A stretch of DNA of 64,000 bases from an uncultured Verrucomicrobiae bacterium (GCA_963837955.1 CAWIPH010000002.1:4128001-4192000); one strand, 5' to 3'; shown: positions 39,611-48,670, numbered from the stretch's first letter. The notes: generated by a model from the letters alone, not told the origin. Made by a program: numbers and translations.

Positions 39611-41422
39611 TCAGAGTTCATCTTCGATCCCCTTGTCTCGCATTTGGGTGAGTTCTTGTTGCAAGCGGCGGCGCGCCCTACTCAGACGGGACATCACGGT
39701 TCCCAATGGCACGTTAAGTGCCCCTGCCATCGCTCTGTAAGACCATCCCTCGATTTCAAACAGGACTAAGACCTCACGAAACTCTACCGGGAGACGGTTC
39801 AAGGCCTCCTGTAATAGTTGTCGTCTCTCCTGAGACAGTTCAGAGGGCCCGACTTCCACCGGCACAGCGTGGGCGTCTTCGTCAAATGGAATCAGCTTTT
39901 CTTCGTTCAGGTGTTTCTTAATCCATTTGTAGGCAGTGTTACGGACAATGGTGAGCAGCCAAGCCCGCGGGTTTTCGCCTCGGAATCCAGAAAACCCCTT
40001 CAGCGCGCGAGCATAGGCTTCCTGGACAACGTCCTGTGCATCCTGATCCCTTCCGACAATCCAGCGGGCGAGACTATAGGCCGCATCTAAGTGAGGCAGA
40101 AAAAGCTCTTCGAAACACGGCGCCGTTCGCATCTGAGAGGAATAGAAATCGCGATTTGAAAGAACTGCTTCTTTCTGTCCCAGTTGCCGTAATTGTTGTC
40201 TCGTGATGTTTTCCAACGACCTTCCCGCAACCTCGACCCGCGTTCGTAGAGGAATGCGTATCGTCACCGTGGTGCCTTGTCCAACCTCGCTCCGCACCGC
40301 CAGCTGAAACGAGCGACCGAACAATGCTTGCAGCCGCCGACGCAGCAGCCCCAGGGCGTGCACCCGTGGGCGCGCCCCAAAAAAAACATGTTCGACGTCC
40401 GCCGAGGGTACTCCTTGCCCGTCATCACTGACGCTCATCTCCAGCCATTGTCCCGCCAGACGGGCCACGATGCGCAGCCGCCCGGCTTCCGGCGAGGATT
40501 GCAATCCGTGTTGCACCCCATTTTCCACCAACGGTTGGAGTGAGAAAGGCGGGGCTAAGACTTCTGCCAATCCCGAATCGATTGCCTCTTCTACCTGCAA
40601 TCGGCTACCCAGTCGCAGCGACTCGATATCTAGATACGCGCGCATCACCGCCAACTCTTCTTCGAGTGGAACCAACGCTCGATCGTGCTGGTCGAAACTG
40701 GCGCGCAGAAAATGGCGCAACCGTCCCGCCGCTCGTGGGATTTCACGCGGCGCGACAGTCGCTAGCGCCGCTAACGCATTTAACGCATTGAACAAGAAAT
40801 GCGGGTTCATGCGCGCCTGGAGGGCGCCCACTTCGGCTGCTGCTGCCGCTTGCGCTTGCTCATCAAGCTCGCGCGCCCGCGCCACACTGGCCAAGATTAA
40901 CGCCGTGCCCAACCCTTGGAGCACAGAGGCCATTCCGATGTGTCCGAATGTTTGCACGCCCGCTCGCTGGCCGGGTGTGCATAGAAGGGTCAAGCAGTCG
41001 CGCACCCACGCCACCGTAAAAGTCAGGCAAAATCCCATCAGCGGTTGTTGCGCCAGTCTGGGCCGCCGCCGGTACAGCCACCCTCCGACCAGACCGCCGC
41101 ACAACATCGAAATTCCGATGGGTCCCAGCGGCCGCCCGTCGTACGCAACGGCCATCCAGGTCACGAACGCAGCGACCACAACCCCTACACCAGAGCCCGC
41201 CAACAGACCAGCCGCGCAGACCGCGACAATGCGGTGATTGAACCAGCCGGTTTGCCCAACGGCAGCCTCTTCGACCAACCCGAGAACCAGGAAAACCAGC
41301 AGCGCCGTTCCTCGATCGCGCACCGATAGCAGAGAACGCTCCGATCGTCTGAAACCCGGCACCAGCGTGAGCGCGAACGCTGCCGTTACCAACAGGCAAA
41401 CTTTATAGAAAATGATCTCCAT
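39611..41422 (-). CDS. LytS-type histidine kinase fused in frame to an ECF sigma-70 factor
   Basis: Single ORF: TM region, LQARMNPHFLFN, LQPLVENGVQHG, DDGQG, then sigma region 2 (LPHLDAAYSLARW..DAQDVVQEA..AWLLTIVRN) and region 4 (LPVEFREVLVL..GWSY..GTVMSRLSRAR). Likely ATG 41422. Confidence 0.88.
   Translation of the reverse strand: MEIIFYKVCLLVTAAFALTLVPGFRRSERSLLSVRDRGTALLVFLVLGLVEEAAVGQTGWFNHRIVAVCAAGLLAGSGVGVVVAAFVTWMAVAYDGRPLGPIGISMLCGGLVGGWLYRRRPRLAQQPLMGFCLTFTVAWVRDCLTLLCTPGQRAGVQTFGHIGMASVLQGLGTALILASVARARELDEQAQAAAAAEVGALQARMNPHFLFNALNALAALATVAPREIPRAAGRLRHFLRASFDQHDRALVPLEEELAVMRAYLDIESLRLGSRLQVEEAIDSGLAEVLAPPFSLQPLVENGVQHGLQSSPEAGRLRIVARLAGQWLEMSVSDDGQGVPSADVEHVFFGARPRVHALGLLRRRLQALFGRSFQLAVRSEVGQGTTVTIRIPLRTRVEVAGRSLENITRQQLRQLGQKEAVLSNRDFYSSQMRTAPCFEELFLPHLDAAYSLARWIVGRDQDAQDVVQEAYARALKGFSGFRGENPRAWLLTIVRNTAYKWIKKHLNEEKLIPFDEDAHAVPVEVGPSELSQERRQLLQEALNRLPVEFREVLVLFEIEGWSYRAMAGALNVPLGTVMSRLSRARRRLQQELTQMRDKGIEDEL
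40141..40203 (-). promoter_or_regulatory. Direct-repeat promoter motif copy D, inside the kinase-sigma linker
   Basis: TTTCTGTCCCAGTTGCCGTAATTGTTGTC (core G at 40177 and 40198); AATAGA at 40141-40146; in-frame ATG at 40132. Confidence 0.65.
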
Positions 41423-41758
41423 TACGGAAGGCCTGGGATCGCTCAGAAAGAACGGAAATCGCCGCGGCTGTCGGTCTGCAGATCGAAATTCTCGCCGTGG
41501 CGTTTGATCACGTTGGCACGTCCGGATCACCGTGACCGATCTCATGGCCCGAAGCCGGGAGCCGCCGTCTGAAGATGGCGGCCACCGTTTGGTTAAGCGG
41601 AATTTTCACCCAGCCAGCGCGCTACCACCGAACCGGAGGAGCCCGATCCGTCGCTAGTTGGTCCGGCTCGCTCGATCGACGTGTCCGCCATAGCTTTAGC
41701 GATGGCGGAACCGAGACCGGTTCGGGATCTTGCATGGCGAGAGACTCGACGGACCTTT

Positions 41759-42112
41759 TTATTGTCCGCATTTACTGATGTGCGTGGTTCGCGAGCTGTT
41801 CGTCCGTTTTGCCCGGTTTATATCTGGATGCACACCGATAGAAATGGGACCGGGAAAACAATCGATGAAGTCGCGATGGCGAGAGTTGCCAGAATCTCCG
41901 CCTATTTTCTTTTGCTCCTTCGCGCGATTATTCTGCAATCGATCTACATCGAATAAGTAAAGTCCATGCACCGATAACAAAGCGATCGCATCCTCTTCGG
42001 TAAATCCTCGAAAGAAGGCCAGGAATTGTCGAATTATGCTTCGGACAGAGATTAGAAATTTCGCCCGTGCTTCTCGCCAAAAGAAGGAAATGAGTAGACT
42101 GCGTTTTGTCAT
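41759..42112 (-). CDS. Small hypothetical protein (paralog 2)
   Basis: Paralog of 38988-39302; lies downstream of motif copy E. Confidence 0.65.
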   Translation of the reverse strand: MTKRSLLISFFWREARAKFLISVRSIIRQFLAFFRGFTEEDAIALLSVHGLYLFDVDRLQNNRAKEQKKIGGDSGNSRHRDFIDCFPGPISIGVHPDINRAKRTNSSRTTHISKCGQ

Positions 42113-42198
42113 AGCTACTTTATTTTTAACTGGGTTGGGCGTTGACTTCTTCAGATTGACGGACGCGGCGGCTCCGCGTCGTCCATTGGTTTAGCACT

Positions 42199-42262
42199 AG
42201 TAGACACTAACATTTGCCGGACTGGACTTTTTTGGTCCAATTGCCGCAATCGTTGTCTAGAA
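42199..42262 (-). promoter_or_regulatory. Direct-repeat promoter motif copy E
   Basis: TTTTTTGGTCCAATTGCCGCAATCGTTGTC (42234/42255); AGTAGA at 42199-42204. Confidence 0.65.
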
Positions 42263-42550
42263 TGCCACCGAACTCGCCGGGCGAAGTTCCCGACCCATCG
42301 AGGGACGCGCTCGCGTCCGTTCGTAGTGGCGTAGCCTGATCCCTCAGCCCGCAGTCTCTACGCGACAGCGTTGCGCCCCGGTCCGCCGCTCATCAGGCTT
42401 TTCTTCGTCGTCGTCGAATTTCCGGGCGGCTCTAGCTGGGCAGCTGCCTTGCCATCGTGATTGGTAGGTTCGCGCATGACTTTTCGTCAGATGATTTGCA
42501 TGCTGCCGTGTGACGCCACGGAGTTTCCCCGTAAGTAACGCCAAGGTTCG

Positions 42551-42592
42551 AGAGACCAGTCCTTGTCCGGATTGCCGTATTCGCTGACTCAG
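42551..42592 (-). promoter_or_regulatory. Degenerate direct-repeat motif copy F
   Basis: AGAGAC..TTGTCCGGATTGCCGTATTCGCTGAC (42565/42586). Confidence 0.45.
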
Positions 42593-42663
42593 CTGCCGCG
42601 CGTCATCCGGCTGCGAACACCGTTTTCGCCAGACCTACCTTGCCTACCCCGCGGCCAGGTGCC

Positions 42664-43467
42664 TTAGCGTTGCGTCTTCAACACAGCGGCTAGCCGTGCA
42701 GCCCCTGTGCGCGAGGCAGTGATTTCGGTTCCGACTCGGTCACGCAGCCGCACGCGATAAAGCCGGTCACCGTAGTGAATGACGTGCTCGATGGCGTGCA
42801 GGTTCACTGCGGCATGCCTTCCGATCTGGACGAAAGGATCACCGCCCAGCCACCTCATCAGGTCAGCTAAAGGATAATAAGTGGCAAACTCCTCCCGGAC
42901 CGTATGGACCCACGTGCGCCGATCCCGTCGCAGCACCGCTACGACCTCACGGCGGGCGAGCAAACGGATCTGGTCACGATCTACATCCTTGACCGGCAAC
43001 AGCTCGTCGGGCGCGCCGGTGAAACGCATCTTATCTGGCGTCGCTAAGGAGTCCACACTGCGAGCGGAGAGCGGAGAAGGGCCAGCCTCAAAAGGACGCA
43101 AATGTGCCAGCAGACGATTAACCGCTTCGGTGACTTGCTCCGGATCCAATGGCTTCAAGAGATAATCCACGGCGTCCAACCGGAAGGCGTCCGTGGCGCG
43201 ACCGGCATTTCCAGTGGTGAAGACCAGACGAGGCGGCTGAGGAAGCATGGCTAATTGCGTCGCCAGCGAAACGCCGTCTTTGCCCGGCAGATTGATGTCA
43301 AGAAAGACGGCGTCTGGCCGCAACTCAGCGCAAAGGCGGAGGCCCGCTTCGCTTTCGGCGGCGGTACCGACAACCTCTACCTGGTAGGTTTCGTCTAGCA
43401 ACGCTGCCAAGTACTCAGCGGCCAAGGGTTCGTCTTCGATAATGAGGGCACGGATCCGGATCCACAT
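42664..43467 (-). CDS. LytTR-family response regulator, cognate of 43479-44729
   Basis: IIEDE, FLDINLPG, VFTT, DYLLKP and FVQIGRHAAVNL; directly downstream of the kinase. Confidence 0.9.
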   Translation of the reverse strand: MWIRIRALIIEDEPLAAEYLAALLDETYQVEVVGTAAESEAGLRLCAELRPDAVFLDINLPGKDGVSLATQLAMLPQPPRLVFTTGNAGRATDAFRLDAVDYLLKPLDPEQVTEAVNRLLAHLRPFEAGPSPLSARSVDSLATPDKMRFTGAPDELLPVKDVDRDQIRLLARREVVAVLRRDRRTWVHTVREEFATYYPLADLMRWLGGDPFVQIGRHAAVNLHAIEHVIHYGDRLYRVRLRDRVGTEITASRTGAARLAAVLKTQR

Positions 43468-43478
43468 AAGAATAGACC

Positions 43479-44729
43479 TTACAGTGATGGCAATTCGCAA
43501 AGATCCGAAGTGATAGGGCCGGGCGATTCCAGGGAATCTCCGAACCGTTTCCGCAACGGAATACGCAAAGTCACTGTGGTGCCCTGTCCAACCTCACTCC
43601 GCACCTCTAATTGAAACGAGCGGCCAAACAATCCTTGCAACCGCCGGCGTAGCAGCACCAGCGCGTGGGTCCCGGGGCGCTCCGCAAAGAAAACTTGTTC
43701 GACTTCCGCTGGGGGCACTCCTTCGCCGTCATCGGTAACGCTCAGCTCTAGCCACCGTCCGGCCGGACGGACCACTAGGTACAAGCGTCCGGCGCGTGGA
43801 GAGGAATGGAGTCCGTGTTGCACTGCATTCTCCACCAATGGCTGAAAGGAAAAAGGCGGCATTAGAACCTTTGATAAACCCGGATCGATCCCCTGCTCCA
43901 CCTTCAATCGGCTGCCGAATCGCAACGACTCGATATCTAGATACGCAAAGACCACCGCCAACTCTTCCTCTAGCGGAACCAGCGCTCGCTCGTGCTGATC
44001 GAAACTGCCACGCAGAAATTGGCGCAACCGCCCGGCCACACGGGGAATCTCGCGTGGCGCGACCGTTGCGAGCGCCGCCAGCGCATTCAACGCATTGAAC
44101 AAGAAATGCGGGTTCATGCGTGCCTGAAGGGCGCGAACCTCCGCCGAAGCTGCAGCTCGCGCTTGCTCATCGCGCTCCCGCACTTGCGCAACGATCGCCA
44201 GGATCAACGCCGTGCCGAGCCCTTGCAGCACGGGAGCCGTCGCCATTTCTCCAAATGTCTTCACCGCCCGTTCCCCGGGAGCGTAGTAGAAGAAGACCAG
44301 GCAATCGCGCAGCAACGACACCACGAAGGTCAAGCAAAAGCCCGTCCAAGGACGTTGCGCCAGTTTAGGTCGCCACTGGAACAGCCACCCACCCGCAAGA
44401 CCGCCACACAACATCGAAATGCCGATGGACCCCAATGGCAGGCCGTCGTACCTAACTGCCAACCAGGTCACAAAAACGCTGACGGCCGCTCCTACCAAAG
44501 GGCCTGCCACTAAACCAGCTGCGCACACCGCCACGATTCGTTCGTTGAGCCAGCCGGCGTGCGAGACGGTGGTTTCTTCGACTAACCCCAGCAGCAGGAA
44601 CACGAGCAATGCCGTCCCTTGGTCACGCATCGACAGCAGAGAACGCTCTGACCGCCTAAAGCCTGGCACAAGTGTGAGCACGAACGCCGCCGTTACCAGC
44701 ACGCAAACGTCATTAAGAAGAATATCCAT
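43479..44729 (-). CDS. LytS-family sensor histidine kinase
   Basis: Close paralog of 32681-33964: LQARMNPHFLFN, FQPLVENAVQHG and DDGEG. Confidence 0.9.
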   Translation of the reverse strand: MDILLNDVCVLVTAAFVLTLVPGFRRSERSLLSMRDQGTALLVFLLLGLVEETTVSHAGWLNERIVAVCAAGLVAGPLVGAAVSVFVTWLAVRYDGLPLGSIGISMLCGGLAGGWLFQWRPKLAQRPWTGFCLTFVVSLLRDCLVFFYYAPGERAVKTFGEMATAPVLQGLGTALILAIVAQVRERDEQARAAASAEVRALQARMNPHFLFNALNALAALATVAPREIPRVAGRLRQFLRGSFDQHERALVPLEEELAVVFAYLDIESLRFGSRLKVEQGIDPGLSKVLMPPFSFQPLVENAVQHGLHSSPRAGRLYLVVRPAGRWLELSVTDDGEGVPPAEVEQVFFAERPGTHALVLLRRRLQGLFGRSFQLEVRSEVGQGTTVTLRIPLRKRFGDSLESPGPITSDLCELPSL

Positions 44730-45313
44730 CGCGAAGACCCCGGAATCGGTCATCAAAAAAAGGGCGTCCGGGGGGACGATAGAACTGTGCGAAAACCAAC
44801 TTCATAGTTTTACTGAAGGGTCAACTCTGGAGGTTTAATGAACCTAAACTAGTGATTTGATCAAGTAAAAGGGTTGACCAATCGGTCTGTAGGCCTGTCA
44901 TCCTGCAGCTCGGCCCTTTGATCCGCGGGCCCCGCCACAAAGCGCCGGAGGGCCAGAATATCCACGATGGCGGCGCCCGCACCATTGGTTACACACGCGA
45001 CCCGAGGTTCCGGTTTGCCGTACGGTTTGACCAGAGCAAGTTGATGATTGGCCTTCGGCGGCAGACCTGCGCACAGCGCCTCTCGGACCTAGGTGCCTTG
45101 CGTGACGGGATGGACCTGAAGCGGACAGTCTGTGTGTGTTTTGGTTCTACTCCTGCTATGCACAGCCTTTCGCCCTGCATGACGATAATGGATGGTCATA
45201 CGAGGGTACTCAATAATGGCTCTGTGATCAGGCGAGTCGAGCTCTGCTCCGCGACCCTGATCTTGAAACCGGCCGCGATAGCGCTCGATCAATCAGCGAG
45301 ACTGCGCCAACAA

Positions 45314-45556
45314 TTAACAGATATACTGCAAGCCGAGCTGACGGAGATCTGCCTCAGCCGCCTGAAGCGCGACCTGCAACGGTAGGCTGAGTTCCAAGTA
45401 GATCTGCGTCAGCGCCCAAAATCTCTTTCCATGTGAAAACAGCCGGATCCTGTCGTCCATCTCCACGAGCTCCTGATCGAAAGGGAATGGTTCTAGATTT
45501 TGGATGCATGAAGTTGTGTCCGCGCTGAGCGGCCCAGCGAAAGTTTGTTCGTCCAT
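45314..45556 (-). CDS. Small hypothetical protein
   Basis: Helical C-terminus RFWALTQIYLELSLPLQVALQAAEADL; downstream of 45665-45919. Start uncertain. Confidence 0.45.
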   Translation of the reverse strand: MDEQTFAGPLSADTTSCIQNLEPFPFDQELVEMDDRIRLFSHGKRFWALTQIYLELSLPLQVALQAAEADLRQLGLQYIC

Positions 45557-45664
45557 GTTTACGTTTTTAGTTTTGGCATCGCCAAAGCGACAGCCACGGT
45601 CACCGCAGCTTGATTGGTTTGACAAACTCTGTTCATTTTTGTTGGGTTCGCGGCCAACAAAATC

Positions 45665-45919
45665 TCAGAGGCCGATAATCTCGAGGACGAGATAACCAAG
45701 CGTTGCCGCCGAAAGCAGCCAATAGAGTGACTCCTCGGCGCGATCAACCCGCGCTGAAGGCAATCGGCGAGCAGCAACTTTGCGGGCCTTCTGTATTATT
45801 TCGAATTCTTTGCTGTTCCCCTCAGGTTCTGCTGCTAGCCGATCACGAGCCTCGAGAAAGTCGATGACGCAGGCGGAAGCGTTCGGTGCGGCTGGAAATT
45901 CTTGCTGTATAAATTTCAT
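45665..45919 (-). CDS. Small hypothetical protein with C-terminal TM helix
   Basis: LYWLLSAATLGYLVLEIIGL tail; AT-rich leader; directly downstream of motif copy G. Confidence 0.55.
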   Translation of the reverse strand: MKFIQQEFPAAPNASACVIDFLEARDRLAAEPEGNSKEFEIIQKARKVAARRLPSARVDRAEESLYWLLSAATLGYLVLEIIGL

Positions 45920-46005
45920 ATTTGTCGAATCATTTTATTTGGACCAGTTACCTGCTCCGACTAGGGAGCGATGCAGTTCTCGCGTCGCCCACTCTAGTTC
46001 GCGGT

Positions 46006-46068
46006 AATAGAGACTGGGATCCCAGAGACGAATCTTTTTTTGTCCCGGCTGCCGTAATCGTTGTCGCG
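46006..46068 (-). promoter_or_regulatory. Direct-repeat promoter motif copy G
   Basis: TTTTTTTGTCCCGGCTGCCGTAATCGTTGTC (46042/46063); AATAGA at 46006-46011. Confidence 0.65.
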
Positions 46069-46194
46069 ACCGGCGCGTAAGCCCAAGCAACGTGCGGAGG
46101 AATTGGCACCGAGAAACGGTAGCGGGCCGGCGGCCGCGCATGCGCGTTTCCCAACGCCAATGTCATGTTCTCTGCCCCGAGGGGATTAGGACTC

Positions 46195-46335
46195 AGCCCG
46201 GGTTTTAACCCCGGGATTAGTCGCATTGAGCGGTATGTCCATACGAGCGCTAGAATCCAATGGAAGCCTCTATTCTAGCGCCACTTTCAGGAGGCAACGT
46301 TTGGAACACCTTTCCCGGGGTTAAAATCCCGGGGG
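46195..46335. repeat. Pair of REP-like palindromes in inverted orientation
   Basis: CCCGGGTTTTAACCCCGGGA near 46197 and TCCCGGGGTTAAAATCCCGGG near 46313. Confidence 0.6.
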
Positions 46336-46664
46336 GAGGGATTGCGTACTCGCGATCCGCGGCGTACGAGGATCCGACGTCGTGCTTAAGCATTCTGCAC
46401 CAAGCTATCCAAAAGGCTATGTCGGACTGGCTGTGCGGCCTCGCCGCCCTCCGGGACAGAGAACCACACATCGGCCTTAAGCTGGCGCGCATGATGCGAC
46501 CGCGACCGCTACAAGCTCTGCGATCCTGCGACACCGGAGAGCTAGGGAGCTTTAGGTGGTTCTATCAAATTATCGCAAGTCAGTAGGTTTTCGCGAAACC
46601 TGGCTATCGCCGCCGCGTCGCAGAAATCTGACAAAGGCCATCTTCTCCTTTGCCTGGGCATCTT

Positions 46665-47174
46665 TTAAGCGGGCACGAGCGAGAACGGCTGCGGTCCGAA
46701 ATCGTGCACGGTCGCTTCGAAGTTCAGCAACGCTTTCTTTAGAGGAATGCCGCCTCCATAGCCAACCAGTTGACCATCAGCACCGATCACTCGGTGGCAC
46801 GGAACGATAATCGGGATCGGATTATGTCCGTTGGCTAGACCGACCGCGCGAGGAACACTTCGCACGCGCTCAGCCTGCTTTTTATAAGATATGGTCTCGC
46901 CAAACGGGATAGTCTGCAATGCTTCCCAGGCTCGGACCTGAAAAGGCGATCCAATAAACCGAATCGGAATATCGAATACCGGTCGCGTCCCCTTAAAATA
47001 CTCATCGAGTTGTCGAATGACTTCTGGAAACGGCTTAATTTTCCGCTCTTGGGTTTCGCTGACCAGGGCTTCATCACTATGATCCGTATCAAAGTGTAGG
47101 CCGATTAAGTATTCTCCATCGGAGACTAATTTTAGCTTACCAACGGGGCTATCGTAGATGATTTGATATTTCAT
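46665..47174 (-). CDS. ogt: Methylated-DNA--protein-cysteine methyltransferase
   Basis: GSPFQ, IPFGETISY, RAVG and IIVPCHRVIG active site. Confidence 0.93.
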   Translation of the reverse strand: MKYQIIYDSPVGKLKLVSDGEYLIGLHFDTDHSDEALVSETQERKIKPFPEVIRQLDEYFKGTRPVFDIPIRFIGSPFQVRAWEALQTIPFGETISYKKQAERVRSVPRAVGLANGHNPIPIIVPCHRVIGADGQLVGYGGGIPLKKALLNFEATVHDFGPQPFSLVPA

Positions 47175-48597
47175 ATTGTTCCTCCAAAGAATTCCAAAGC
47201 TGCATGGCGGCATAAGCTCGCCAAGGTCGCCATTTTTCTGCCAAGGCCAGAGCGTCGGACGCTTTTTTTACTGAAAGAGCTTTCTGCAAGCCGAGATCCT
47301 GATGAGGAAAAGCGTCCGGCCACCCCAACACTCGCATCCCTATGTAGGCGGCCGTCCAGGGCCCAATTCCGGGCACCTCGGTTAATTTCTTTACGCTGTC
47401 CTCCCACGACACCGCATTAAGAAAATTGATTTGCCCAGAGGCGACAGCTTTAGCTAAGGCCAGCACAGTCGCCGCTCGTGCCCCAGTTAGCCCGAGTTTC
47501 CGCAAGTCACCGAGCGGCACCGCGGCGATCTGGGCCGCGTTCGGGACGATATATTTTAAGTCTTGGAAAGGCGTTTCAATCTTTTCTCCGAATCGTTCGA
47601 CTACCCTGCCCGCGATGGTTGTCGCCGCCGACACACTGATTTGTTGACCGAGTACGGCGCGCAAAGCAATCTCGAAGCCATCAAAAGCACCTGGCACTCT
47701 GATTCCCGGATCCTTTGTTGCCAATGGGCCAAGCGTCGCTGCGATTCGATCGGGGGAAGCATCTAAATCAAATAAGCGACGCAGCCGGCTCACTATGGTC
47801 AACACGGCGGGAAGCAATTCCGGGGCAACTTGGACCTTTAACGAATGAGCATCCGGATCATTTTCAACAATCAACCATCCTCTTAACGCGCCCACCCGGA
47901 CCGTTCGGGTATATTGATTCTCGCCGACCAACTCAGCTCCTCGATAAGATCGACGGCAAAAGTAACGCAGCACAGTATCCCAGCTAAACGGCGGCCGGTA
48001 ACTGAGGTGAAATATACATTCGGAGCCCGACACAACGGTTTTCTTCGAACCGTTTCGCAACCCAGTCGGAGAAAGACGATAGCGTTCTTTGAATAGGCTA
48101 TTGAATCGCCGCAAGCTCCTAAAGCCGCTAGCCAACGCCACGTCGTTGATACTGAGCTCCGTATCGGTGAGCAGCTGTTTAGCGAGCAGCAGTCGTCGGG
48201 TTTGCATAAGTTGAATCGGAGAGACCCCCAATTGTTTCGTCAACAGACGTCGAAAATGGCGATCCGAAAACTGGAACGCTCCGGCCAATTCGGGAATCGT
48301 TTGATCGGCTTCTTCGATACGATCCAAATAGCGCAACGCCGCACTGACCACTCTTTGTTCCGTATCGATCGGAGCGTTGCCGGGAGCCAACTCAGGCCGG
48401 CAGCGCAAACAAGGGCGATAACCTGCGACTTCGGCGGCCGCAGCCAGCCGGAAGAATTCGCAGTGCCGTATTTGTGGGCGCCGCGACGGACAGATCGGAC
48501 GGCAATAAATTTTTGTGGTCTTCACGCCGACAAAAAAAACACCATCAAACCGCTGATCTCTCGCGATGAGTGCTTCGAAAAACTGCTGCGAATTCAT
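47149..48597 (-). CDS. alkA: Ada Zn-binding/AraC domain fused to AlkA 3-methyladenine DNA glycosylase
   Basis: RFDG..YCRPICP..PCLRCRP, AraC HTH, YRPPF, RAVLGQQIS and GIGPWTA. Start uncertain (48597-48651). Confidence 0.9.
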   Translation of the reverse strand: MNSQQFFEALIARDQRFDGVFFVGVKTTKIYCRPICPSRRPQIRHCEFFRLAAAAEVAGYRPCLRCRPELAPGNAPIDTEQRVVSAALRYLDRIEEADQTIPELAGAFQFSDRHFRRLLTKQLGVSPIQLMQTRRLLLAKQLLTDTELSINDVALASGFRSLRRFNSLFKERYRLSPTGLRNGSKKTVVSGSECIFHLSYRPPFSWDTVLRYFCRRSYRGAELVGENQYTRTVRVGALRGWLIVENDPDAHSLKVQVAPELLPAVLTIVSRLRRLFDLDASPDRIAATLGPLATKDPGIRVPGAFDGFEIALRAVLGQQISVSAATTIAGRVVERFGEKIETPFQDLKYIVPNAAQIAAVPLGDLRKLGLTGARAATVLALAKAVASGQINFLNAVSWEDSVKKLTEVPGIGPWTAAYIGMRVLGWPDAFPHQDLGLQKALSVKKASDALALAEKWRPWRAYAAMQLWNSLEEQYEISNHLR

Positions 48598-48670
48598 TGT
48601 GTCGACCAGTATCGATCGCTTCTTATTCATTGTCTCGCCGTTTTCGGACATGCAAATTTCGAGCAAACTC

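Noticed and set aside
44918..45310. ORFs upstream of the third kinase
   Set aside because: Competing frames on both strands, with no motif support.
48636..48660. Ada box upstream of ada/alkA
   Set aside because: Plausible position, but it does not match the E. coli consensus and there is no second copy to compare.
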